Position numbers and translations under genes: made by a program. Shown one piece after another: positions 40,321-53,236 of a stretch of 64,000 bases of DNA. A model generated the notes under the pieces. It saw nothing but the letters and a program-made list of their open reading frames with translations, was not told the origin of the DNA and ran no database searches. The stretch covers positions 36,138 to 100,137 of the forward strand of contig NW_021832833.1 of assembly GCF_006345805.1 (NCBI RefSeq), read 5' to 3'. This stretch comes from Octopus sinensis. Its lineage: Eukaryota. Numbering within the stretch: the first letter of the stretch is position 1; each line of letters starts with the position of its first letter.

Positions 40321-43300
40321 CTTTTTTTTTCTTCTTTCAAATTTTCTTCCATTTCTTGCCGAGTGTCTTCCCGACTCCTAGGGCAAAGAAACTCATAGTG
40401 TATATTGGTAGGCTATTAAACCAAACTCAGTAGTTCGTTCATTTTTTTTTTTTTTTTTTTAAGTTAAATTAAAATACATGAGCAGCAACAGTTCTCACAT
40501 CGACAATGCTCTTCTCAATACGTGTGATGTACCAGTTAAGACAATCTTTTGCACTTCTTGCAGGGATGGTAAGCCAGGGATCATTCTCATATAATTTTCG
40601 GTTCCCTTCTTGATCATTCCTAGTGCTCCTACGATCACTGGTATTGTAACCGCCTTGAGATGCCACATTTTCTCAATTTCAATGAGTAGGTCTTTATATT
40701 TTCTGAGCTTGTCAAACTCTTTCGCTGAGATATTATGATCACAGGGGATGCTCATGTCGATCAATAAGCAAACTTTATTGTTTTGGTCTTTCACAACAAT
40801 ATCTGGTTTATTGGCCTTGGTGGTTCGGTCTGTATGTACTGGAAAGTCCCACAGAATGGTTACATTTTCTCCTTCAGTTACAGCCTCAGGGTGGTGATTA
40901 TACCACTTGTCGGCAGTTTTGATATTGTAATGCCGACGTATTAGCCAGTGGAGATATTGGCCAACTCTGTCATGTCTTAATTTATACTCCACTGGTGCTA
41001 AGACTTTACATCCAGAGATTAGGTGGTCCACTGTTTCAATCATGTCGTTGCAGAATCGGCATTTTGGGTCTGCTCCATTTTTCATCACATTGGCCTGGTA
41101 GTTCCGGGTTAATAGGCTTTGGTCTTGAGCAGCCAGGATGAAACCTTCGCTCTCTGCTTTTAGCCCTGAGCTCCGCAGCCACTGATGGGTTTGCTTCTGG
41201 TCAACATCAGCTTGTTTGCTGCGGGTCACATATTTGCCGTGCAGAGGTTTCTCCTCCCACCTATCAGCCAATTGCTCGTGCGCTTTTTTCATTGCCATCA
41301 TTTTCACCTTCTTTGCAACAATAGTTGCCGTACTTCCCTCGGGTTGTTCAGTTTGGGTATCCTGCACGAGATCAATAGCAATTTTTTTGCTTTCCTTGAT
41401 GATAGAATGAAGCTTCTTTCGTCTCTCGTGATTTTCCACGAGCTTTAGCATCCAGTCATTCGATATTTCGAGATATTTGGCCAGTCCAATTGTGGTTGTT
41501 TTGTAAGCTAGTTCAAATTGGATCAGGCCTCGACCTCCTTGGGCTCTGGGAAGGTAAAGGCGATCTACGTCTGCCTTTGGGTGGTGCATCCTATTACAAC
41601 TCAGCAGCTTGCGTATTTTCCTATCTATATTCTTTACTTCACTCATATTCCAGTTCAACACATTGTAGCTATAAGTAACAACTGGAACTGCTAAGGAATT
41701 TATAGCTAACACCTTGTTACGTGCATTTAGTTCAGATTTCAGGACTGCACGAACTCTCCTATAACATTCCTTCCTGATTTTCTCTTTCATGCTTGCATGC
41801 TGAATACCAGAGCCTTCATTTATCCCTAAATATTTGTATGTCTGTTCTTGCTCAAGCTCTCTTATGACTGTGTCAACATCTAACACGACTGAATTTGTGG
41901 TCTTCACTTTCCCTTTCTGGAAAGTGGCCTTGGCACACTTCTCAAGTCCAAACTCCATCCCGATGTCATCGCTGAATGCTTTCACGGTGCGCAATAGGCC
42001 TTCAAGTTCATTATTGTCTTTACCATAAAGTTTTAAGTCATCCATATAAAATAGATGGCTTATTTTTTTATTGGCAATTTTATACCCATACCCTGTTCTG
42101 TTTAATTCACTTGTAAGGGGTATTAGGGCTATGCAGAATATTAAAGGTGAAAGTGAGTCACCTTGAAAAATTCCACAGTTGATGTTTATATTTTCTGAGG
42201 CAAGTACTCCGTTAGAGTGGTATAATTGGAGATTCGTATTCCACAACGACATATTGTGCTTCAGGAAGTTTGAAATCACAGGGGAAATTTTAAAGATGTC
42301 CAGCGATCTCAAGATCCATGGATGCGGTATACTGTCGAAGGCCTTTCTATAGTCAATCCATGCGGTGCTGAGATTTCTGCGCTTGTTGTGACAGTTCTCA
42401 AGGATCATACGATTGATTAGCAGTTGATCTTTGCATCCGTAAGAGCCTCGGCGGCACCCTTTTTGTTCAATGGGGAAAATATCGTTCTTCTCCATGAATG
42501 CATATGTTTTCTCCGCCAGGATAGATTTTAGGATTTTATACGTGGTGGATAGACAGGTTATAGGCCGATAGTTTTTTGGAAGGTTGGTTTCGTTATTCTT
42601 TGGGAGTAGGTAAGTAATGCCACTTGCTAACCATTCAGGTGTTTTCTTTGGGTCTCTCAAAATTCCATTGAGCAGCTGAACTAGCTTACCGTGTGCGCAC
42701 GGGAGCGATGCGAGCCAGAAATTCGGCACCCTATCTTTACCGGGGGATTTCCAATTATGGGCCTTCGTGAGTGCCTTTCTTAGGTCTGCTATTGTGATGT
42801 CTTCCCATGCTTGTTGTTGTAAATTTTGGTAGGATCCTTCAGTTTGTATAATCCAGTCTGCATTTATGTTGTACGTCTTCTTGTCACTCCAAATCCTTTC
42901 CCAAAAGCTTTGAACTTCTTCCATGGGAGGGGGGTCTTTAACGGTTACTTTCTCCTTCCCTATTTCTCTGTAGAATTTTTTGGCATTGGATGTGAACAGC
43001 TTATTTTGCTTGTAAAACTTGTTTCTCTTCTCAAATCTTCGTATTCTTTGGGCTTTTGCTTGGACATTTTGTTTCAGCGTTTCTTTTATTGATATCAGTT
43101 CTTCTCTAGGTGAGGATCCAAATTTTCTCTTCATCTTTCTTCCTGTTCTGGATCTTACATCATTTTCACATATTAGTTCATTTAATATTGATATTTCCCC
43201 TCTCATAAATTCAATCTTTTTTTTTCAATTTTACTTCTCCAGGTTTGATTTCTTCCCAGGTTTTGTTTTCTTTGTTTTTTCGGGGGCATACAGCTGGTTT

Positions 43301-43820
43301 CAATTGCCCTAGCAGAAGCGTAAATAATTTCATTTAACTCAGTAAAATCAGGTTTTAATTCTCGTATTATTTCATTTGTTACATAGTTGCCAATTTGGAT
43401 TTGTTTTTTATTTTGGTTTGTATTTGAGAGTTTATGAAGCGGTTCTCTATCATTCATACTTGTATGTCTTACAACTTCAAGCGTATTCAGGATTTTCTGC
43501 CTCATTTCTGCCATAGACTCTCTGTGTTCTTCAGCAAATGCGAGAACTTCAGTTACTGTTGTTTTTTCGTTTTCCTGGCTATCTTTAACAGGTACAATAG
43601 AATTTCTTGTATCTTCAGGCCTTTGCGTACTTTGGTCAGATGGCAGTCTTTCAATTAAGCCTCGTGGCGGGCTATACTGTTCATCTGATTCTTCATTTCC
43701 TTTGTGTCTTATATTTATGTCATTTTCCGTTGCGTGCTTGATCGCACTTATTTCACTGTCTGTGAGTCTGTTATTTCTAAAGATATCCCTCCTCACATTT
43801 GCTAATTTGTTCTTGTCCAA
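40321..43820 (-). mobile_element. R4/Dong LINE D, near full length
   Basis: 903-aa ORF 40495..43206 with intact RT (YMDD), CRFC zinc knuckle, RHD and KPDI. The upstream 205-aa ORF is joined by one frameshift. The 5' end is cut at (ATT)n. Confidence 0.95.
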
Positions 43821-43886
<66 letters not shown>

Positions 43887-43903
43887 TTATTATTATTATT
43901 ATT

Positions 43904-45518
43904 CAGTAGTTTTATTTTTATAGCGTGCTTTCACTTCACTACCGAGCGCAGCTCTGTGTGCCTTGGGTATGTGCTGTGATTTGTTGTGATGCTCTGATGG
44001 TTATTGTATGGAAAGTGCTCTGCGTAGGATGTGTGCAGTGCCTAGTAGTGCAATTTTCTGTATGATATATGTGTTTGTAAGTCCTGGTGTTTTTGTTATG
44101 TATTTGTCTGAATATTTTTTTATCATGCCTAATGCACCTACTATGATAGGAATTGTTTCTGTTTTCAGATTCCACATTCTAGTTACCTCTATTTCCAGGT
44201 CTTTGTATTTTGAGAGTTTCTCCATTTCTTTTAGAGACACGTTGTCATCTGCCGGTATTGATAGATCAATTAGAAAGCATTTTTTTTCTTCATGATCTCT
44301 GACAACTATATCTGGTCTGTTGGCCTTAATTTCTCTATCTGTGTGTATCGGCATATCCCAGAGTATGGTTGCTTTCTCGTTTTCTGTAACCTTTTCTGGT
44401 GTGTGCCTATACCATCTTTTTTCTGTTATTATTCCATAATGTTGGCATGGCTTCCAGTGTATGTAGGTTCCAACTTTGTCATGTCTGTGAATGTATTCCT
44501 TCTTAGCCAGGACTGGGCAGCTAGAGATAATATGATTTATTGTTTCTTGTCCATCTCCACATATTCTGCAGTTACTTGTAATATTTCTTTTCATTACATG
44601 TTTTTGGTAATTTCTGGTGGGGAGGCTTTGGTCTTGTGCTGCAATTAAAAATCCCTCTGTTTCTGCTTTGAGTCCTGAGCTTCTCAACCATTGCTGGGAT
44701 CTTTCTTTGTCTATTTCTTTTGCGTTTAGTTTAGTGCAGTATTTACCATGAAGGGGCTTTTCTTGCCATCGTTTTATCATGGTTCGTTGCTGTTCTATTT
44801 TTAGTTTGGATTTCATTTGTTTTATAGCTTTTGTTGTTTCTTCATCATCTTCTTCTTCTTCTTCTTCGTGTTTATTAGGTGGTATGATTTCTTGTTTGTA
44901 TTTGTCAGCTTCCTTAAATACTGAGAACAGTTTTTTGTTTTGCTCGTGTTTTGCTGCTATCTGGATCAGTTTTCCTTCCTTCTGAAGTAGGTATTTTTGC
45001 AGTCCTATGGTGGTTATTTTATAGTAGTTTTCCAGCTGTATAAGACCTCTACCACCTTCTATACGTTGTATATATAGTCTTTCTATGTCAGATTTTGGGT
45101 GATGCATCCTAGATCCTGTCAGTATTTTTCTTGTTTTCCTATCTATTTTGGACAGTTCATTTCGTGTCCAGTTAAGGATATTGTAGCTGTAACTTATAAC
45201 TGGGACAGCTAAAGTGTTGATACCTATTATCTTGTTTTTAGCATTGAGCTCTGTTTTTAGTATTGATCTAACTCGTCTATAATATTCTTTTTTTATTTTC
45301 TCTTTCATTTGTGTGTGTTGTGTCTTATCTAGTTCATGGATTCCTAAGTATTTGTAAGTTTGGCTTTGGTCTAATTCTTTTATTTCATTGGTTTTATCTA
45401 GTGTGATGTTGTTACTTTTAACTAGTTTTCCTCTTTTCATGGTTACTTTGGCGCATTTTTCTAATCCAAATTTCATATCTATTTCTTTGGTAAATCCATG
45501 AACTGTCTTTAATAGTTT
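43904..45518 (-). mobile_element. R4/Dong LINE E (5'-truncated)
   Basis: ORF 44001..45536 covering RT thumb, CRIC, RHD and RPDI. (ATT)n flanks. Confidence 0.93.
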
Positions 45519-45532
45519 ATTATTTATTATTA

Positions 45533-45604
<72 letters not shown>

Positions 45605-45605
<1 letters not shown>

Positions 45606-46880
45606 GGCGGCGAGCTGGCAGAATCGTTAGCATGCCGGGCAAAATGATTACCAGCATTTCGTTCCTTTTTAACGTTCTGAGTTCAAATTCTGCCGAGGTC
45701 GATTTTGCTTTTCATCCTTTTGAGGTCGGTGAAATAAGTACCATCGCTTGACAACCGACGGTGTGTGGAGGTAGCAAACACAGACACAAGTAACAAATAC
45801 ATACATATATACGACGGGCCTCTTTCAGTTTCTGTCTACTCACAGGGATTTAATCAACCCGAGGCACTTGCCCAAGGTGCCACACAGTGGGACTGAACCC
45901 AGAACCATGTGGTTGAGAAGCAAGCTTCTTACCACACAGCCACTCCTGTGCCTAGTAGAAAAACTAAAAGTTTATTAATATTTTGCTCTGATACAGGGCC
46001 GCTTAAGAAAGTAATCTGGCTGCTGCGAAATCCTGTTTGAAAATTGGTGTGGATTGTAAAGAGATCCTGGATCATGAGTGTCGGTATTTTTAATGTTGTA
46101 TCTATTTTTCATATTTGATTAATGAAAGGTGGCGAGCTGGCAGAAACATTAGCACGCCAGGCGAAATGCTAAGCGGTATTTCGTCTGTCGTTACGTTCTG
46201 AGTTCAAATTCCGCCGATGTCGACATTGCCTTTCATCCTTTCGGGGTCGATAAATAAAGTACCAGTTTCGCATTGGGGTCGATGTAATCGACTTTATCCC
46301 TTTCTCTGTCCTTGTTTGTCCCTTCTATGTTTAGCCCCTTGTGGGCTATGACAGGGAAATATTAAAAAAAACATGTTCAAAAATATATTAAATATATTAA
46401 GTGGAGGCACATGGCCTATAGGTTAGAGCAGTGTACTCGCGGTCGAGGGAACACGGGTTCGAATTTCACACTGGGCGATGAATGTTCTTATGAGCGAAAC
46501 ACCTAAAGCGGCTCTGGCAGAAAGTAATGGCAAACTTCTGCTGAATTTCGCAGCAACTTTCTCTCACTCTTTCTTCCTGCATCTAGACGCTCACCTGCTA
46601 CGGATCAGCGTCACGTCCAGGTGAGGAACCTATACGCAAATGAAACCCGGAAACAGAGAAGGAACGAACAACATACATATATTAAAATGTCGCATTTCAC
46701 ATTACTACATTATTTATTAGCACACTGAGCGAAATGCTTAGCAGTATTTCGCCCGTCGCTACGTTCTGAGTTCAAATTCCGCTGAGGTCGATTTTGCCTT
46801 TCCTCCTTTTGACATCGATAAATTAAATACCAACGAAATCGATTTGTCCCCTCCCCCAAAACTTCAGGTCTTATGCCTAT
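45605..46880. mobile_element. Cluster of SINEs (families 1, 2 and 4)
   Basis: Family 1 at 45605-45745, 46128-46345 and 46725-46880. Antisense family 2 at 45745-45955. Family 4 at about 46400-46665. Confidence 0.75.
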
Positions 46881-47259
46881 AATAGGAAGGACTATTTGTC
46901 TGCTCTAGTAAACTTACATCGCAGGAGATACAACGGTCAGGAAACAGTATACGATGCTCTTCATTTATATATGCATGCGTGTAGACTTTGCGTTTGTGTG
47001 TATGTGTAGGTGAATGTATGTATTTGTATAATCGTGTATATGGTGTATATTTAAATGTGTATATTTCTCTGTGAATGTATATATGAATTCCAGTATTTTG
47101 ATAGGAGCGAAGTCACCGCAAGAACGAAGTTCTAGATTGTTGAATTCTTTGGGAAAATCAATTGAGAAATAATCTTTGTTGCTATAGGCACAGAAACTAT
47201 TATTGTACGAATATTTGATAAACGTTCTATTTTTTAACAAGGCTGACGATTTTTAGGGG

Positions 47260-48128
47260 ACTGGCTCGACTGGTCCCTTATTTCATCGACACTGAAAGAA
47301 TGAAAGGCTAAGTCAGTCACGGCAGAATTCAAGTTCAGAACATAAAGAGGATTCTGTCAATATTGATTTCAAATTTTGGTACAAGGCCAGCATTTTCCTG
47401 GAGGTTGTAAGTCGAGTGCATCGACCCCATTACTCAACTGGTATTTATTTTGTTGAGCCCGAAATGATAAAAGTCAAAGTCGACCATGGCGGAACTTGAA
47501 CGCAGAACGTGAAGACGGACGACATGCCTATTTATTTACTACCCACAAGGGGTTAAACACAGAGGGGACAAACAAGGACAGACAAACGAATAAAGTCGAT
47601 TGCATCGACTCCAGTGCACAACTGGTACTTAATTTATCGACCCCCGAAAGGATGAAAGGCAAACTCGACCATGACGGAATTTGAACTCAGTATGTAACGG
47701 CAGACGAAATACCTATTTCTTTACTACCCACAAGGGGCTAAACATAGAGTGGACAAACAAGGACAGACAAAAGGATTAAGTCGATTACATCGACCCCAGT
47801 GCGTTTCTGGTACTTGATTTATCGACCCCGAAAGGATGAAAGGCAAAGTCGACCTCCACGGAATTTGAACTCTCAACGTAACGGCAGACGAAATACCTAT
47901 TTCTTTACTACCCACAAGGGGCTAAACACAGAGAGGACAAACAAGGACAGACAAAAGGATTAAGTCGATTACATCGACCCCAGTGCGTAACTGGTACTTA
48001 TTTAATCGACCTCGAAAGGTTGAAAGGCAAAGTCGACCTTGGCGGAATTTGAACTCAGAACGTAACGGCAGACTAAATACCGCTAAGCATTTCGCCCGGC
48101 GTGCTAACGTTTCGGCCAGCTCGCCGCC
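47260..48128 (-). mobile_element. Tandem multimer of family-1 SINE bodies
   Basis: Units of about 185 bp joined at cagacgaaatacc|tatttctttactac. Confidence 0.85.
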
Positions 48129-48741
48129 TTATGAATATTCAATATTAACATCATTCCAACCATTGTCAAGGCAGTGTATTAACCGTCTCTTTCCACCTGT
48201 CTATCATTGTTGGTTTCAGGTTTTCTGTATTTGCTGTTTGTGTATCCAACTTGTTCAAATTTCTTTGCGCTCAATGCTTTTTTTTTTTTAATCTCAAATA
48301 TCATGCAAAGCATATTTTATTATTTATCAATTCAAACCCCGGTGTGATGGCAGAGTCTTATTTTATTGAACCCCCTTTCGGTGACCTGCTGGCAGAAGAG
48401 AGCAAAGATTTGATAAAGATTGATCCACTGAGAATAGAATATACTGGGTGTGTCATATACATTTACCCATTATGTAAACAATTAATTATCCATTATTCAA
48501 ACATAAATCAAAGCAGTCTTATTCGTAAACATAGTTGCAGATGTTGCATAACGTTTATTAACGTTCTTTTGTTTTATTGTTCGCCCTTAATTAAATATGG
48601 TGGCTCATACAACACGTGAACAAATTGTAGCATTGAAAATGGCTGGGATAAAGGATTATAAAGTGAAAATGGCAACTATAAATAGTTAAGGGCTATAGTG
48701 AAAGCAAAGGAGACGATTTTGAATTGTAAATATGTGTAAAA

Positions 48742-49133
48742 CTAGCAGTATCTCCCGGCGTTGCTCGGGTTTGTTTCGACCCTTTAGAATTGGAATTTTT
48801 GAAAAGTAAAAATTGTCCATTATGTAGCTTGTTATTCTCTTTAAGTGAACATTTTTCTGGTTGAAATACACCGAAAAATAATGACACAGCAGTCAAAAAA
48901 TCGTAAAAAATAGGGATTTTCATAGAAAAAAAGTACCTTTTTGATGTAACTAATTTTTGGTGTTAACATGGTTCGATTTGAATTTTTTCTACTATGGAAG
49001 GAAGAGCAAGCCTACTTCTATCATACTCTCAATTTTGGTCAACTTGCGCCGCAGGGTCTCGGAGGAGATAGTGTTAGTTGAAGCCTACAAAACCTGCCAT
49101 ACACAGACAACTTCAGCTTTATATAGAGAGAGA
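48742..49133 (-). mobile_element. Non-autonomous Helitron
   Basis: On the minus strand: A|TC start (tctctctctatataaagctgaagttgtctg), subterminal hairpin cccgagcaacgccggg, CTAG|T end, no TSD. Confidence 0.8.
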
Positions 49134-49454
49134 TTAATAATATACGTATATCACAATCAAGCTCTCCATTTTCATCATCCAAGACCTAGAACTTTATATT
49201 GTATGATAAAATAAGTAATGGCTAAATGCGAGTATATAAACCGCCCTCACTATATGAGAAAAGCAAAACACAACATATTGATGTTCATAAGCATATGAAA
49301 TACTAGCAGGTTTAATAGGGAACTAGAACAATGTACGACTTGAATTTAATTTTGCAGTGCTCTGGGCTATGATTTATATTGTATTACGATTCATCGTTCA
49401 GATTCCATGTGTTAGCTTTCGCAATTTAGTAAATTTATCAAAAAGACGGTAAGC

Positions 49455-49950
49455 AGGCAGAATTGTTAGCACGCCGGGCGAAATGCTTAGCGGTACTTCG
49501 TCTGCCGCTACGTTCTGAGTTCAAATTTCGCCGATGTCGACTTTGCCTTTCATCCATTCGGAGTCGATAAAGTAAGTAACAGTTACGCACTATGGTCGAT
49601 GTAATTGACTTAATCCGGTTGTCTGTCCTTGTTTGTCCCCTCTGTGTTTAGCCCCTTGTGGGTAGTAAAGAAATAGGTACTTCGTCTGCTGCTACGTTCT
49701 GAGTTCAAATTCCGCCGAGGTCGACTTTGCCTTTCGAGGTTGGCCAGTTACGCACCGGGGTCGATATGATCGACTTAATCCGTTTGTCTATCCTTGTTTG
49801 TCCCCTCTGTGTGTAGCCCTTTGTGGGCAATAAAGCAATAAGAATCGTTAGCACGCCGGGCGAAATGCTTAGCGTTATTTTTTCTGTGCTTACGTTCTGA
49901 GTTGGAATTCCGCCGAGGTCGATTTTTCCTTTTGAGGTGGATAAAATAGG
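49455..49950 (+). mobile_element. Family-1 SINE trimer
   Basis: Head plus a repeated body joined at gtagtaaagaaata|ggtacttcgtctg. Confidence 0.85.
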
Positions 49951-50284
49951 TACCGGTTGGGCAACTTTACTCCTGGATATGAGTGTAAAAGCTGCACACC
50001 TCTGCCAAGTCATGTCAATCCAGTGTGCCAGAATACGATCACCAAACCAGTATGTTCTCAAGTTCAAAATCACGGCCTCCACCTCAGACCGTGGTTGTTG
50101 GAGAGAATATGCTGAGGCCTTCGTCCTTCATGTGGACTGAACATGGCCAAAGAAAAAAAAGAAAGAATACGATTTATCAGTTGAAGCTTAAGCATTCGAT
50201 CGAAATTTTAACAAGATCGATAGAACAAGAGAATCGATGACCCAACTCTCCTATCACTAAAAGGGTAAAGACCCACTTCAGTTA

Positions 50285-50590
50285 TGACTGACCATGGGAT
50301 TGTACCTACAAAGTCACCCTCCGTGGCACAAGTCTGGACAAGGTTTTTATGGAAGACCAGCAGTCACCCATGCATACCAGCCTCCTCCTCTCCACACCAC
50401 AAAGGGAAAGGAAAAGGCCGATACAGCTTGGCACCAGTGACGTGGCAGCACATTGCTACAGCTGAGTGAACTGGAGCAACATGAAATAAAGTGTCTTGCT
50501 CAAGAGCACAACACACAGCCCTGGTCAGGAATCGAACTCACTACTTCATGATTGTGAGTCCGATGCTCTAACCATTGACCCATGCGCTTC
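50285..50590 (-). mobile_element. tRNA-head SINE (family 3)
   Basis: Antisense A/B boxes at about 50520-50590 and a cagctgagtgaactggagcaac...gtgtcttgctcaag core. Confidence 0.65.
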
Positions 50591-50841
50591 AACACTAAGC
50601 AATATATTATGGACAACTAAGGATTAAGTACTTACGAGCTGTTACGTGAATAACAATACAAAATCTAGGTAAATATATAAAAACACGAAACATCAAATTA
50701 TTTGTTTTGTGATTATAAATCGGTATTTATCGGAAATAAACAACCTGCCGGAGTGCAAAACACAAGTTTTATATAAATATATATACATATATTTGCGCAC
50801 GCATGTATGTTTATGTGTGTGTATGTTTGTGTGTGTGTGTG

Positions 50842-50891
<50 letters not shown>

Positions 50892-50915
50892 AGGGAACAG
50901 CTTTTCTTTTGCACA

Positions 50916-51325
50916 GGCGCAGGAGTGGCTGTGTGGTAAGTAGCTTGTTTACCAACCACATAGTTCCGGGTTCAGTCCCACTGCGTGGCACATTGGGCAA
51001 GTGTCTTCTACTATAGCCTCGGACCGACCAAAGCCTTGTGAGTGGATTTGGTAGACGGAAACTGAAAGAAGCTCGTCGAATGTATGTATATATATATATA
51101 TGCGTGTGTGTGTTTGTGTGTCTCTGTTTGTCCCCCTAGCATTGCTTGACAACCGATGCTGGTGTGTTTATGTCCCCGTTACTTAGCGGTTCGGCAAAAG
51201 AGACTGATAGAATAAGTACAGGGCTTACAAAAGAATAAGTCCCGTAGTCGAGTGGCTCGATTAAAGGCGGTGCTCCAGCATGGCCGCAGTCAAATGACTG
51301 AAACTAATAAAAGAGTAAAGAGAGA
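50916..51325 (+). mobile_element. Family-2 SINE, full length
   Basis: ggcgcaggagtggctgtgtggtaag head, ttgggcaagtgtctt core and gcggtgctccagcatggccgcag tail. Antisense partial copy at 51802-52000. Confidence 0.85.
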
Positions 51326-52000
51326 GTAAAGGGATATAATATTCAAAAACACGACTATGTTCATGTTTGATGTTTTTTGTGTATACATATGTATATATGT
51401 TCACGTTTGATGTTTTTTATATGGTTTTTGTTTGTTTATATATGTCGTAAATCTTTATGAGTTCTTTATGTTTGGTCTGGAACAACAGCGATTGTTAATC
51501 CTATAGTTTGATACTCCGAGCCTTTTTTTTATCGTCTTAATCTTAAAATAAACTATTGTAATCGCGTGTTGTCCGTATGATCTGCATAAAGTTGCAAAAC
51601 GTCTTGGCAATAATTTTATAACTGATAAAATTATTAACTCCGAATTTAAAATTATACACCGTTAAATCCAGATAGATTTCAAGATATGATTTTTTTAACA
51701 CTTTTTTTATTATTTTTCATTATATATTTAAGTGTTAAGCATTTGTGTGCTTAATTTATTGAGTATTTCGCTATTTTTATTCCTTTTCTTTTATTCATTT
51801 ATTTGTTTCAGTCATTTGACAGCGGCCATGCTGGAGCACCGCCTTTAGTCGAGCAAATCGACCCCAGGACTTATTCTTCTTAAGCCTAGTACTTATTCTA
51901 TCGGTGTAGCTTGCCGAACCGCTAAGTTAGGGGGACGTAAACACACCAGCATCGGTTGTCAAGCGGTGTTGGGTGAACAAACACAGACACAAACATATAT

Positions 52001-52033
<33 letters not shown>

Positions 52034-52069
52034 CATACACATATATATATACATATACATATATGTATA

Positions 52070-52377
52070 TATATATTAGAATAAATGAAGTAATCAGATC
52101 GCATGGTTCATATTTATAGATATTTATTTATATATTACATTTTTTACATATATATCATATCATTCAGATCATATCATTCGGATTAGCGCTTTCTCCCAAT
52201 CCAGTGGGGTTTTCAAATCAAAATTGATTTGAAAACCCCACTGGATTGGGAGAAAGCGCTAATCCGAATGATATGATCTGAATGATATGATATATATATG
52301 TAAAAAATGTAATATATAAATAAATATCTATAAATATGAACCATCCGATCTGATTACCTCATTTTTTCTAATATATA
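52070..52377. repeat. About 310-bp near-perfect palindrome with a 2-nt loop
   Basis: ...ggggttttcaaatcaa-aa-ttgatttgaaaacccc..., arms of about 150 bp with few mismatches. Confidence 0.95.
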
Positions 52378-52413
52378 ATACCTGTACATCATCTCCAAAC
52401 CTTCTAATATATA

Positions 52414-52519
<106 letters not shown>

Positions 52520-52994
52520 ATCAACTAATAAGGGTGAGAAAATTGGATACTAATTTAATAGTACCATCAATTTAACACCAAGTGGCTTAGTGAATAAAAA
52601 CCAGGAATACAATAAATTTTATACGTAAATATAAGAGGGTGACCACTATGTGGTCGACTCTAGCACTAAAAATAGATCCGCTACGGTTTCAGCCACGAAG
52701 AATTGTTTCCGATGAAAGTTAGCACAACTATTAGCGTAAACGAACAGGGCAAATAAAAAATAACAAAAATGCAAATCAATTCAGGACAATTGTTTCGCTA
52801 TTAATAAATTATATAATTTTACTCACATAACATATCTGTAGCTCCTCAGCTGAATTTGTCTAGAATACAATTTACTCAACCGCATGCCAGATTTTACCAT
52901 AACGATAAACACGCATGCGGTCCAGTCGATTGCATTCGCCGTTATAATTCAAATGCCCCCGCCAAAGCCCGCCAAAATTCACGGAAACAGATAC

Positions 52995-53192
52995 TACGTG
53001 GCACATTGGGCAAGTGACTTCTACTATAGCCTCGAGCCGACCAAAGCCTTATGAGTGGATTTGGTAGACCGTCGTATATATATGTATATATATATATATA
53101 CATATATATATACGACGGTCTACCAAATCTACACACAAGGCTTTGGTCGGCTCGAGGCTATAGTAGAAGTCACTTGCCCAATGTACCACGCA
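52995..53192. repeat. Inverted duplication of a family-2 SINE segment around (TA)n
   Basis: Both arms share a deletion (ggtagac|cgtcg) relative to the copy at 50916. Confidence 0.85.
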
Positions 53193-53236
53193 GTGGGACT
53201 GAACCCGGAACTATGTGGTTGGTAAGCAAGCTTCTT

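Noticed and set aside
47260-48128. Regular repeats that might suggest a CRISPR array or satellite
   Set aside because: The units are SINE bodies with no unique spacers, the context is eukaryotic, and there are no cas genes
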